Shown here: positions 26,581-41,479 of the stretch, one piece after another
Layout of the letters: each line of letters begins with the position of its first letter
Numbering within the stretch: position 1 is the stretch's first letter
Origin: Octopus vulgaris
Taxonomy: Eukaryota
Reading direction: 5' to 3'
Length of the DNA stretch: 64,000 nt
NCBI GenBank assembly: GCA_951406725.2
Contig: OX597821.1
Coordinates: 113,770,001-113,834,000 of the forward strand
Made by a program: the position numbers and the translations under genes
Notes under the pieces: generated by a model
What the model was told of the DNA's origin: nothing
The model's input: only the letters and a program-made list of their open reading frames with translations
Database searches by the model: none

Positions 26581-26584
<4 letters not shown>

Positions 26585-27080
26585 AAAACTCTAGTTGTGT
26601 GAGTGTCTGTCCCCTTCGATTTAGATTCCTAACTCCTCCCACATTTTGCGGTGCAGTTTAACCAAATTCGGGTATCTTATAGTCGTGATTCATATCGAGC
26701 CCGTCTGACTATTAGCGCGCGTCAACGATGAGTCTACGATTTTAAAAATAATTTAACATCATTTTTTTATTCCATTTTAATGCATAAAATGCATCGTATG
26801 TCGATGGCGGCGGAGTTGGCGTCCACGCTCACAGCTGCACCTGTTTGCTTCTCCCCCTTCCCTCCCTCGTGAAGCTGTGGGGAAGGGAGTGTAAAGAAAT
26901 CAACGTCGTAATGCGTTGTGAAGGAAACCAGCGTTCTTTTAGAACAACGACTTCATGGCTTGAAGACACCAAAACAAAAATGGCTAAGAAAGCCCGAATT
27001 TATAAGGGAAGTAACTCTCTAAAAATGCTTATATAGTTATTTCCCTTACAAACCCGAGCAACGCCGGGCGATACTGCTAG
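26581..27080 (+). mobile_element. Non-autonomous Helitron (longer copy, same family)
   Basis: Same 5' block and identical 3' hairpin plus CTAG|T; about 200 bp of extra internal sequence. Confidence 0.8.
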
Positions 27081-27605
27081 TATATATATATAATCATTTA
27101 CTTGATGCTGGTTCTATGAAATCTATCTCGTGTTCGGTCGACGATCGACGACGCAATCTGCGCCTCCATCCACCATATTGGATAAGGTTAATGTGTAAAC
27201 AGCCGCCAGTATTAGCGTTTGTGATATCTTAGCTATGATCCATTTGCTCTCATTAGATAACGAAAGCGGTTTTCAATAATCCCACTTCTCTTTCTAATCT
27301 GGTTTGGAATTCCGTTATGCATCATAATTTGGCATCGACTTTTGCAACTGATGTACGCTTTGACTGGAATATAGTTGTAATGGAGATGGAGCGTCTCTTA
27401 TAATGAATATCCAATAGCTTTCTAATACAGTGGAATAAGTAATATCAGTTACATTCAGAGAGAGAGAGAGGGGGGAGAGGGGGAGAGAGAGGGGGAGAGA
27501 GAAGGGGTAAAATTTAAATTTAATGTTCTTCAGACATCAAAAATTCGTATTTTATAATTATCGGAAGATTTTCATTTCCACCGACATTTTCTATCTGTCT
27601 GTCTG

Positions 27606-27650
<45 letters not shown>

Positions 27651-27832
27651 ATGAATATATTATCTTTTACATGTTTCAATCATTAGGCTGCAGCCAACTT
27701 GGAACAAGAACCATGAAGAATTTTAGTCGAACGAATCGAAACCAGTTTTTTTTAAAGCACCGGTTGTCAAGTGGTGGTGAGAGACAAAAGCAGACGAGCG
27801 CGCACACACGCACACACACACACACAGACATG

Positions 27833-27875
<43 letters not shown>

Positions 27876-28334
27876 ACCCCCAAATATACACACACGCATA
27901 CACACACACGCACATACATACACACACACAGATACACACGCACACAACACACGCACACACACACGCACACACACATACGCACACAGAGTTTCCATTTACC
28001 AGATCCATTCACAAGGCTTCGGTCGGTCCGGAGTAAAAGTAGAAGACACTTGCAAAGATGCCATGCAGTGGGACTGAACCTGGAACCATATGGTTGGCAA
28101 GGGAACTTCTTGCAGCACAGTCAGGCCGGCACCAATGTCTATATGGTTGTTGTTCAGCTTCGTGTATGATTATAACCACGAAGAAAAACCCTCCAGTTGT
28201 CCCTGCTTCATCCTTTTGCAAAGCGAGATTACATTCTCCAACAGGTCTTTTCTTGTTTTAGACAATAGGCTGAATTTTAGCTGCCATGTCTAGTAGGCCA
28301 AGTGGTCTCGTATAGAGGCCCTGTATATGTGTGT

Positions 28335-28390
<56 letters not shown>

Positions 28391-28810
28391 GAAGATGTTT
28401 ACTTCGCAGACTCATGGTTGCTGGTTCAGTTCCACCGCGTGACGTCTTGGGCAAGTATCTTCTGCTATAGCTACGGACCGACTAAAAGCTTGCGAGTTGA
28501 TTTGGTAGACGGAAACTAAAAGAAGCCGGTCACACACACACACACACACACGTATATATATAAAATTAGTGTACATGTTAACACAAAAGTGGTGACCCTT
28601 AACAAGCAGCTTTACATGCTAGAAGTAGCAGTCAAAACAACCATATATATCTATCTATATATATAATCATATATGAGTGTATGTTTGGTTCTGTGCTTGT
28701 GTTTGTCCCTACCACCACAACTATCAGTGCTTGATAACCGGTGTTGGTTTGATTACATTCCTGTAACTTTGCTGTTCAGCAAAAGAGATCTATGGAATAA
28801 GTATCAGACT

Positions 28811-28862
<52 letters not shown>

Positions 28863-30235
28863 TGGGGTCGATGTGTTCGACCAAACTCTTCAAAGTAGTG
28901 CCCCAGCATGACCGTAGTCTAATGACTGTAACAAGTAAATGATAAATGATAAAAGATACTTTGCTGAGAAGGTTTAATGATAATGAAACAAGTCCCGAGT
29001 TGTGAGAGAGCAGTTACCAAAGAATACTTCCCTCAACCACTGCACACATTTAGTTAATTTTTAATCAATTTACATTTCCGAGTTCCCTCCCTTAAATTTC
29101 TTGGCAAGAATTTACTTTTCTTTGCGTTATGGTATAATTTCAATGGACTGAAAATTGAAGATTCTTTCGCGTTCACTACACTAATAATATTTACCCGCAC
29201 TTCACATTACACTCCGCACGCAGAAGGGATCTCAAGGAAATAATTCCAGTGTCATACACACAAACCAATCCCCAAAGTTTTCGACCTTTCATGCACATGT
29301 GAGTGATTACGAGCATCCAAGTCTATGAAACGATTAAGTGTGCCTTCAGGTATTTCGTTATTACATCCGTTTCTATATATACAATCTCAGCAGGTTCCAT
29401 ATAGAAGGAAAAGTTTGGAATGTACCCACCCACCTCGACGACTAGTGGCAATTATGTTGAAAACTCAGCATTTCCTTCCTTCCTTCCTTTTTTTCTTTCT
29501 TTCTTCCTTCCATTCTTTTCAAGCACATTGTATCACCTTCGAAGTAGGTTACATTACAATTATTTCGCTACAGGACTCCTATATATTTGAACAAGGGCGA
29601 TGTTAGCTTTATGTTTTTCTATCATTTTCAAACATAAACAAAAATACACATGCATGCACACGCACACACACACACAGACCGACAACAAAGGAATAAATAA
29701 GAACTAGCTTATGTAATTAATAAATAAAGTAAAATAAAAATAAAAATACTTGACTGGGTCAGCAGAATTAAAATAGACAGAACCCGTGTGTAAGCGCGTT
29801 TATAATTACATATACGTATCTACATATTCGTATCCACACACGCATTTATATACATATACATATACATATACATACATACAAACACACACACACACACACA
29901 TATATATATGTATGTATGTATATATATGTATATACACATATATATATGATTTATGTAACCAGATAAATGTATATATTTATACATATGTATGAAGGCATAT
30001 ATATATATATATATACACGCATGTAAAAGTAAATATACATACATGTACATATATATATATACATAAATATATATAAATATATACAACATATACACATACA
30101 TATACATACATATATACATACATACGTACATACATACATATATATATACACACGCACGCAAACGCATACATACATATGTACACAACATACATAAATACAC
30201 ATACACGCATGATTAAATTCTCGTCTTACAACTTT

Positions 30236-30270
30236 ACTCCCGAAGAAGGACTTTATCCGAAACGTTGAAT
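30236..30270 (+). ncRNA. Degenerate minimal hammerhead-like motif (CCGAAGA core)
   Basis: ACUC-CCGAAGA-A-GGA-CUUUA-UCC-GAAAC-GUU-GAAU. Confidence 0.45.
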
Positions 30271-30913
30271 TTTCCACTCATTATTGTACGTTCCCTATAC
30301 TGTTTTTATTGGTTTTACGATATAATATATGTTCCCTATTATATATTAACACTGATTTAACTCTCATTAAATCCATTATATTCTAAGCTAACGAACCTAT
30401 ATTCATGTACATTTAATTTGTGATTCTCTCAGCATCACTTCAAGAGGGACGTCAACGTCTTTCATTTGCTAATGAAACCGTAATAAGAGAGAAACATCCC
30501 CATTGATTGTAACATTGGCCATTGACTAATATTGGTTTCCTCATCATTGTCTTACTACTTGCAATTTAACATTTTAATGTTTTGTTTTCGTTTTGATCAG
30601 ACTTGATAGCTAATCCCGTGTGGGAACAAATGTTTTTATACATTGGGAAGTTCATTTTAGCAATAAAATTACGCGGACTGGTTGTATTAAATGGGTAGAA
30701 TTGTTAGGCCATGGGAAATATTCTCTGCTATTCCCTCTGTTCTTTGCGTTCGGAGTTCAAATCTCGCTGAGGAAAACGTTGCCTTTTATCGTTTCGGGAT
30801 CGATAAAATATAGAACCAACCGAGCATTGGGATCGATGATATCGAATTAGATCTCCCTCTAAAACTGCTGGCCTTGTGCCAAAATCTGAAACCATGCTTA
30901 CTACTACTACTAC

Positions 30914-30956
<43 letters not shown>

Positions 30957-30967
30957 GTTATTATTAT

Positions 30968-31230
30968 TTTACTTCTCTGAGCTCTCGGTGTTACTTGCTC
31001 TGGTTGATTCTGTGAGAGCGGGCAGTAGTCTGTTGCCAGAGGTGTCACAGGGTCTCTTTCCGCAAAACATAAGCTTTGGTACTTGGATGTTAACTTGGGT
31101 GGCTGGCACTCAACACCCAAGCACCAATCTCAAAACCCTAGCTGTCTCCAATAGAGCAGTTTTGGGGCCTGCTCTGCCCTCATGTCAATTCCAGTTTCTC
31201 GGACATATTGACATGAGGGCAGAGCAAGTC
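30968..31230 (-). mobile_element. Dong-type LINE extreme 3' fragment
   Basis: KTALLETARVLRLVL remnant followed by a UTR and (TAA)n. Confidence 0.6.
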
Positions 31231-32464
31231 TCCCCACCTCCACCAAATGTTTTATTGGGGACAGCAAGGGCGGTGAGCTGGTAGAATTGTTAGCATGCCG
31301 GACAAAACGCTTTGAAACTTTTCGTCCGTCAGTACGTGCCGAGTTCAAATTTTGGTTAGTTCGACTTTGCCTTTTACGTGTTATGAGTCATTGGACTGCA
31401 GCCATGCTGGGACACCGCCTTGAAGGGTTTAGTCGAAAAATTGACCCCCAATTTTTTGTAACTATGATATTTATTCTATCGAACCCCTTTGTTAAACCAC
31501 TAAGTTATGAGGACGGAAACAAACTAACACTGTTTGTCAAGCGACGTGAGTGTGTATGTGTGTGTGTGGGGGAGGGGGGAACAAAAAAGCACATACACTC
31601 ACGCACATACACACGTACCCACAGATATTCACATGACGGACTTCCACGTAGTTCCTTTCTACCAACCAAACCCACCCACAAAACATTGATCAGCTCGCGG
31701 CTATAGCAGAAGACACTTGACCAAGGTTCCCGCCGTGGAACTGAACCCGAGACCACGTCACTGTAAAGCGAGCTCCTAAACCACATCTTGTTTTAAATCT
31801 AAAATCTCCCCAAATCAGATGTGTTCAAAATGTGTCGGGCTAACTCGTTAAGATGCGCTCCGATGATTTTTTTCTAGAAAGATTGGGCTGCTTCCTTCAG
31901 TGTTATTAAGTAACCCACATTTTTGTTAAGAGCTTATTAGTGGGGGTACCACACTTAAAGAACATTATTCTCCAGTCTACAGCTCACCTCCCACCCAAAT
32001 CATCGTTCCTAGCTATTGAAACCTACATACAGGTGAGCCCATGTAGAGGGCTTCCGGTGAAGATTTTAGAAGTCAGAGTTACTTCATATCAACAAGAAAC
32101 GGAGGGCTTAACCAAAAGCGTAACATTTCTTGTCTCTGCAAACGTTATAAAAACCAGGTTTTTTTTTTTAACAAGCTCGAGTAGTTGAAGTCTAAGGAGA
32201 ATTGGCAGCTAAAGAGAATACCCCAGAGACCTTAGACAAACCGGTGTATATTTCATTTATTTCCTCTCCATGAACAGGCATCGGTGAAATTTTGTTATAA
32301 TCATAATATTATGTATTGCATAGTCGTTCGAAGACGGAAGAAGCAGTGTAATCTGAGATATAACTCTAAGGCCGAGTACACCAATGATTTCACATTACGC
32401 AACAACTCTTTTTCAAAAGTTCAAGGGTTGACGTACTTTTGTTAAATCTGGAGTGGTGCTACTG

Positions 32465-32499
<35 letters not shown>

Positions 32500-32666
32500 T
32501 CCTCGACTGTGTTCAAAAGAACATTTTAACAGACTGACTGATGCTATAATATTCTCCTCTGTAAACTAATAAGTTATGTGCTACCGCTATAATATGCATG
32601 TTTTTTTTTTGTATTTAGTCGATTCATCCCCCAAATCTTCATTAGATACTTTGCAATTATTCCTTT

Positions 32667-32854
32667 GTTGTGTCTGGGAAGAGTCATTCTCTTTTAGTGC
32701 CTTATACTTTAACACACTCACCGGTAAACTTTGAAAAGGTTGCAAGACGCAACGAAAATTTTAGAAAAATAAAGAAGGAAATGAGTGGAATCTTTACTGG
32801 TGAGTGTCTTAAATAATAAGACACCAAAAGAGAATGACTCTCTCCAGACACAAC
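32667..32854. mobile_element. MITE with roughly 60-bp TIRs
   Basis: gttgtgtctgggaagagtcattctctttt / aaaagagaatgactctctccagacacaac; a single arm also occurs at about 13208-13300. Confidence 0.75.
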
Positions 32855-33120
32855 TGAATATACTTCAACACATGAACTCACATAAGGAATCTTGCAAGCC
32901 AAATCGCTGTCGTTAGGTACGGCTTTTATGAGCCAGGTTTACATCGACCCCAGTGCGTAACTGGTACTTATTTATCCGATCCCGAAAGGATGAAAGGTAA
33001 AGTCGACCTCGGCGGAATTTGAACTCAGAACGTAACGACAGACGAAATATCGCTTAGCATTTCACCCAGTGTGCTAACGATTCTGCCAGCTCACTACCTA
33101 GATAGTAAAAACAAAATAAA

Positions 33121-33184
<64 letters not shown>

Positions 33185-34714
33185 TCAAATTATGGTACAA
33201 GGCCAGCAATTGTATTTAGTCGATTGCATAGACCCCAGTTCATAGCTGGTACTTATTTTTATCGACAACAAAATGATGAAAAGCGAAGTCAATCGCGGCC
33301 GGAGGGGAATTTTTTCCTCACGAGAGTTCCGGACCCCAGTAATGAACTCATTTGCATACAACCAGAGCTCACCTTGAAAATCCAAATAATGTATATTACT
33401 ACAGTACAGCCAGTCAGGCACAGAATGGTGTATGCCACTCTGTGAGTACAGCATAGCAGGTCTCACCTAAGCACCACATTCCTCCTCGACCATCCTCATA
33501 GATCAATTGAGCACCATCTCTATAGAGCGCTAACATGTGGTACCTATGCTCAGACTGAGATTAGTGATACTGCATGTACCCATTGATATATGCAAGGAAG
33601 ACGCACTACGACACGACGCCATATTGATTACGATGTTTCCAGATCAACACCAACATTTTAAATTAAGAATGTACAAAATCAGTCAAAAAATTAGGAAACT
33701 ACACTCATGTACATTTTCTAGTAAATTATCAAATTGGCAACACTTATGGCATCATCGGTGAGCAGCTCTCCATTCCCTTTATACGCTAAATTTCACATTT
33801 GTCACTCCTATTAACCCGTTTAGAACAGGTTGGATTTTGTTATAACGCACATTTTCCACTGACCTGAACCAGAGTATTTTCGTGACTAGGTGGACACTAG
33901 TTTGATAGCTGAGCTCTGACAGGCTGCATACAAATGAATTCATAACTGGGGTCCAAAACTTTTGTAGGAAAAAACGATTTTGCCGGCGTGATTTGAATTC
34001 AGAACGGAAGAAATGTCGTTAAGCAGTTTGTCCGACGCTTAATAATAATTGTCACTCGATTAATGACTGGTATTTAAGCATAAAATTATTACAGGTGCTG
34101 GTGTGAGTGGTAGGAATACCACACCTAAATACACAATGTTATTAGAATTCCGTTTGTATAGAGTAATTCACGACTGCTGTTTGTGTGCAACAGCGACACA
34201 CATAAACACTAAATAATTTCTGGGATAGAGGTTTCTTAGCAAAATACTCTCTCTCCCTCTTTCTCTCTCCCTGTCTCTCTCCATTTCTCTTACTCCCTTT
34301 CTCTATTTCCCCACCCCTCTTTTTATCTCATATGCGAAGTCAGAAAAAGGAAAATTCATACAGGGAAGTAACTCTTAAAACAAATGCGAGTTAGTTCCCT
34401 TGCAATTTGGACGCAGTTATACTAAGCCAATTCATGCATTCGTACATACGTGTGTGCGTTTACATACATACACACACACACACACATGTATTCTTTTACT
34501 TGTTTCAGTCATTTGACTGTGGTCATGCTGGAGCACCACCTTTACTCGAACAAATCGACCCCAGGATTATTCTTTGTACTTATTCTATCGATATCTTTTG
34601 CCGAACAGCTAGGTAACGGTAAGATAAACACACCAACATCGGTTGTCAAGTGATGGTGGGGGAACAAACCACAGACAAAGAAACACACACACATACACGC
34701 ATATATATATATAC

Positions 34715-34772
<58 letters not shown>

Positions 34773-34962
34773 TATATATATGTATATATATATATGTATA
34801 TACGACGGACTTCTTTCAGTCTCCGTCTACCAAATCCATTGAAAGGGATTTTGGTCGGCCCGACGCAATAGTAGAAGATAATTGCCCAAGGTGCCACGCC
34901 GTAGGACTGAACCTGGAACCATGAGGTTCGTAAGCAAGCTACTTACCACACAGCCACTTAGC

Positions 34963-35081
<119 letters not shown>

Positions 35082-35086
35082 ATATA

Positions 35087-35410
35087 CTACCAGCATAGCC
35101 CAGCGTTGCCCGGGTATGTAAGAACCTCTAGTAGGCAACGACTTGCGGCTGCAGCCGCGATTAGCAGAAGCATGCCAAGGTTACGTTGTCTGGTCATGTT
35201 TTGTCTCGTTGACTGCTTGAAGTGGCGGAATTTATAAATTTTTTTCAGAACTGGGGGAACTTTTCAACATTTTCACTGCGTTAGTTTTGAATTATGACAT
35301 TGGGCTATGTGTGTGTCAAGTTTCATCAGAATCGGTTGAAAGCCGTGGTCAGGGTGAGGGTATAACCTGACAGACACACAGACAGACAACCTGCCTTTTA
35401 TATATAGAGA
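35087..35410 (-). mobile_element. Non-autonomous Helitron, different family
   Basis: 5' TCTCTATATATAAA, (GTCT)n, 3' cccgggcaacgctggg hairpin, GTAG|T end. Confidence 0.7.
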
Positions 35411-35469
35411 AGATTGATTGATTGATTCTAGTTTCAGCTCACGAGCTGGGGCCATGCTGGGGCACCGCC

Positions 35470-35510
<41 letters not shown>

Positions 35511-35549
35511 GGTCCCGGGTTGAGTCGGGGTTAACCACTCCTTCTATAA

Positions 35550-35586
<37 letters not shown>

Positions 35587-35879
35587 TTGTTTATTCTAGT
35601 CGCCCATGCTGGGGTACCGCCTCGAAAGGGTTCGCAGAATGGATCGACGCCAGAATTCATTCTTTAATCTCAGGTACTTATTTTATCGACCCTTTTTGCT
35701 GATCTACTTTACTACATTACAGATACAAATCAATATCGGTTGTGAACCACAAATACACACACTACCACCACCTCCTACACACACACACACACATGCACAC
35801 ACACACATACAGATGCACATAAATACATGACAGGCTTCGACACAGTTTGCATCTACCAAATTTACTCACGGTGCTGGGA

Positions 35880-36467
35880 TGTAACGGTTTCAAATTTTGG
35901 TACAAGGCCAGCAAGTTCGGTGGGCGGGGTAAGTCGACTACAGCGACCCCAGTGTTCAAATGGTACTTAATTTATCAATCCCGAAAGGATGAAAGGCAAA
36001 GTAGGCCTCGGCGGAATTTGAACTCAGAACGTTGCGGCAGACAAAATACCTATTTCTTTACTACTCACAAGGGACTAAACACAGAAAGAACAAACAAGGA
36101 CAGACAAACGGATGAAGTCGATTATATCGACCTCAGTGCATAGCTGGTACTTATTTAATCGCCCCCGAAAGAATGAAAGGCAAAGTCGACCTCGGCGGAA
36201 TTTGAACTCAGAACGTAGCAGCAGATGAAATACCTATTTCTTTATTACCCACAAGGGACTAAACACATAGAGGACAAACAAGGACAGACAAACGGATTAA
36301 GTCGATTACATCGACCCCATTGCGTAACTGGTATTTAATTTATCGACCCCGAAAGGACGAAAGGCAAAGTCGACCTCGACGGAATTTGAACTCAGAACGT
36401 AACGGCAGACGAAATACGGCTACGCATTTCGCCCGGCGTGCAAACGATTCTGCCAGCTCGACGCCTT
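35880..36467 (-). mobile_element. SINE family A trimer
   Basis: Three tandem units, one head. Confidence 0.85.
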
Positions 36468-37307
36468 TCAAATTTTTACTAACTAAATATATAGAGAGAA
36501 GGTTTAATTTTTCTGTTTAATTGATAGATTTTCATATATTACAGGGCACGCGCCGGACAAAAAAGTTTAATGGTATTTCTTGCAGCCTTATGTTTTGAGT
36601 TCAAATTTCCCCTCGGTCGATTTTGCCTTTCATTCTTTCGGGGTCGATAAAATAAGTACCAGGCGGATGCAGTAAACGAATTATGGCAGCCAACGATGTA
36701 GATTTTAAAAGAGTTTAGTTCTTAAAATGTCCTTTTCCTGACAAATTTCAATAAAAATTCATTTCTTTTTTCTGCTGTTAACTAAAGGGAAAATGCTCGC
36801 CTCCGTCTGTTACGACGACTAGGGTTTTAGTTGATCCGATCAACGGAACAGCCGCTTCATGAAATTAATGTGCAAGTGGTTGAGCACTCCACAGACAGGC
36901 GCACCCTTAATGCAGTTCTCAGGGAGATTCAGTAAGGCAGAGGGTGTGATAAGGCTGGTCCCTTGTGAATTACAGGTACATCTCATTTTTTTCTGGCTGA
37001 GTGAACTGGAACGAAAAATAAAGTGTCGTGTTCAACGACTCAACGCAGTCAGGAATCGAACGAACGACCCTACGATCGTCAGCTAAATACCCTAACCACA
37101 AAGCCACGCGCTTTCACACTCTTTTACTTTTTTTTCTTTTTTTTACTTGTTGCAATCATTTGACTGCGGCCATGCTGAAGCACCGTTTTAGTCGAGCAAA
37201 TCGACCCAGGACCTATTCTTTGTAAGCCTATTACTTATTCTATCGGTCTATTTTGCAGAACCACTAAGTGACTGGGACGTAAACACAGACACACGGTTGT
37301 CAAGCAT

Positions 37308-37451
<144 letters not shown>

Positions 37452-38036
37452 GACGGGCTTCTTTCAGTTTCCATCTACCAAATCCACTCACAAGGATTTG
37501 GTCGACCCGAGGCTATAGTAGAAAACACTTACCCAAAGTGACACGCAGTGGGAGTGAACTCGGAACCATGTGGTTGATAAGCAAGCTACTTACCACACAG
37601 CCACGAATGTCTTATGAATAGTTTTTCATCGATGTACTTTTATCAAAACCAGATGTTAGCTTACAGTCTTGCAACAAATTACTTGACACATTCTTCATTT
37701 CAGATGATATTGGATTCAATTAAGTAGGATCACGGGTTAATCCATTTATTAAGTAAGTCAATTTCTTAATTAAATCAAATCTTAATCGATATTTAATTAA
37801 AAAAAAAAGCGGAATATCCCTATTTAGGATATATTAATTAGTTATAAAAGCTACTTAGAAGACTTCCTTAATTACTAATACAATGTTCGGAATCCATAAA
37901 ACGTTTTAGATTCCAATGGTGGATAAGTATAATCTAAAACGTATGAATTTTTTTATATGACATGATTTACGAAGCTAAGACAAACATACATATATAGATA
38001 CACATACATATACACACATACATAAACATATGTACA

Positions 38037-38170
<134 letters not shown>

Positions 38171-38252
38171 TGTGTACAGTGCTCAGGTGCACTACAACTC
38201 ATCTAAAGTGTATATATAATCAGGTGTAGTTTCGACGGATTTCGGGAATCCT

Positions 38253-38333
<81 letters not shown>

Positions 38334-39087
38334 TTATCTAGGTAATAAGATTTGGGTAAAAAGACTTTGTAGAATGCTATGCAAAGCCCGTCCACAGCTA
38401 TTGGCTACCTGATGTCATCATGCAGTAGAAATACTTCCGTTACTAAATATACAATAGAAGTTCTATTGTATCCGTAGAGTTTATTTATATCAATAGATAA
38501 AGGATAGAAAACGGAATGAACGACATTCTTTATTCAAAATCCCTACAATTGTTTCGACACATTGTCTAATGAGATATTGTCTAATCATCCATGTAGTGTA
38601 TGTGTGTGTGTGTGCGTACCTAACACACAATCAGACACACACATACACACGACCACACACTCATGTTACTGCCAGTAAGTTCTTGACTAAAATAACCAAC
38701 ATCCTACTGGCAATAATAACATGCTGTATAATCGAACAAAGTGAAACCAAGTAAATTGAACGAGGTATCTTTTTAAGAAGGCACCTGAAGAGATATGTCC
38801 GCAGCGAAGGATGCAGCACAACCAGTTGTATAGTCTCTCACCTGCAAGGAACAGATTCAGGATGAGTCGAAACGATTGTTGGGAAGATTAAATATTCCCG
38901 TAAATTCCATGTTCCGTTTCCATCATTTGTTAAAGACTCAACGTACACTGCGGAATACCTGGAGTAGATCCAGTGACACTTATATCAAAACTGTGGATGA
39001 CATCAGGTAGCCATAGGCAGCGAAAGAGCTTTAAGCGGCATACTACTAGGTATATATCCAAAGTTTAAATAATATATATATATGTAT

Positions 39088-39163
<76 letters not shown>

Positions 39164-39329
39164 TTAGATTCGCTCGACGCGCAAAAATGAAGTACCTCAG
39201 TAATAATAAGCAGCCAAGCTGATTTTTGCCCTTTCTTGGGACTCAAATATTCATTAAGTACTTAATAATATGTACTTCATAACAAACACTTATCACATAC
39301 ACTTAATAGTAAACACTTAAGACATACAA

Positions 39330-39370
<41 letters not shown>

Positions 39371-39436
39371 CAACGCGAGGACGTGGAACAAGTATAGTGT
39401 TATTGGACGTTCAGGAAAGGAAAGAAAGAAGGAGGA

Positions 39437-39469
39437 CTTAACGTTTCGAGCGGAGCTATTCCTCAGAAA
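39437..39469 (-). ncRNA. Minimal hammerhead motif, second repeat family
   Basis: UUU-CUGAGGA-A-UAGC-UCC-GCUC-GAAAC-GUU-AAG; the 10.1 position is mismatched. Confidence 0.5.
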
Positions 39470-39549
39470 CATAGGAGAAGGAAAGATCCAAGGAAGGGAA
39501 GACGGAGGAAAAAAATCGCCAACGGTACACACTCGGTCACATACATACA

Positions 39550-39585
<36 letters not shown>

Positions 39586-39665
39586 TATATATGTATATAT
39601 CTCTCTCTCTATATATATATGTATGTATGTATGTATGCATGTATGCATGTATGTATGCATGTATG

Positions 39666-39731
<66 letters not shown>

Positions 39732-40391
39732 CATACATACACATATATTACGGAGATGCACTTGCATAGCAAGTGACTTGATCTGAGATCAAGAACTTTG
39801 TCAGTGAACAGGTCGCGGTTTCAAAGCGACAAAAATATGTTGACAAATTAAATTTGAATGTTGAAGTGTATCGAACGGTTTTTATGTGTTCTTAAATGGC
39901 TTACAAACACCTTCCACGCTGCAATTGTTTATACATATATAGCTTATGAGGATTATATATAAGGAATGAATATGAAAAAATAGCTGCGTATCTTGCTTTA
40001 CACAGGAAAGCATATTAAATATACAAGCGTTAAGCATTAAGTTATTTATGGAAAACGTTACAAAACAAAGCAAACATAAGTGTTTTCTGGAAATCTCAGA
40101 TGTCGACGACAATTAAATCAAACCAATCTTATACGCATTGCTAATTGCAATATAATTTTCGCTTGTATTTGCAGTCGTGAAATATTGTAATTTTCGGATT
40201 AGAAAAATTAGAAAAATAAAATTTAATGATCAGAAATGACATTTTAATTGATATCAGGCGGCAGGATTTTAAAAGCAAGGAATATACTTAAACAGCTCAC
40301 ATATCATTATCATGCTTAGGAAGAAGAAAATAGCGGAATGGCCAGCACTTTCTAAGAATACAAACTTCGTTTTACGCACGCGCGTTCACAC

Positions 40392-40473
<82 letters not shown>

Positions 40474-40485
40474 ATACTGCATACA

Positions 40486-40521
<36 letters not shown>

Positions 40522-40797
40522 TACATACATACACGCATACATATATGTATATATTTATATATATATATGTATGTATGTATATATATATATACATATATAC
40601 AATACATATATACATACAAATATATTTCGGCAGATAAAAGCAATCATGCGTTGGAGGCATGAAGAAAAGCAAAAAAGTTTTTCTTTTTTTTGTTTTACAA
40701 AGTTGGTACCAGCACAGACTCACTGCAAAAAAAAAACAGCATCTCACGTGCAACGTGGAAAGACAGAATGTGTAAAGAGAAAAAAAGAAAAGCGAGG

Positions 40798-40830
<33 letters not shown>

Positions 40831-41092
40831 GTGGGGGGGGGGGGATAACCGAGCACGAGAATAAATAGTGAACGATACGATAATTCATTAAATTTCAGGA
40901 TACTTCGATAAGCAACGGACATTAAACATGTCTCTTTAGCCGTTATTGCAATCGAAATAGATATAAAGCTTTAACTGTCAGATTAAATAATTCCTTCGCC
41001 TCTTTCTTATCTTGTCATATTATTTTCTGTAAACTTTTGTAGTCATATATAACTGTATGTAATATTTCAACAGCATTTCAAAATAATGTGTG

Positions 41093-41198
<106 letters not shown>

Positions 41199-41292
41199 TG
41201 TTGCGGACGAGTAACAATATCCCATGTGGCAGGCTTCGTAGCTGCTGAGAATTCTACCGGTATGAAACAAATGGTAGCTTTCTTAACCCAAG

Positions 41293-41341
<49 letters not shown>

Positions 41342-41479
41342 TGGTAATTTCAAATGCTGTAAAGTTCGAACATATTTCATCAGACACGGGTTAAATATCT
41401 TACCGCTCGTACGGTCGTTGCTAAATGATTTGTTTTGAGAGAAATAAAGAACCCGTCATTTCTGATTGGTACAACTGAT

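Noticed and set aside
41404-41427. Minus-strand micro-exon candidate (tttag|caacgaccgtacgagcg|gtaag) as the next collagen exon
   Set aside because: Only 17 nt, no Gly-X-Y and adjacent to a probable PLE remnant; cannot be supported without transcripts
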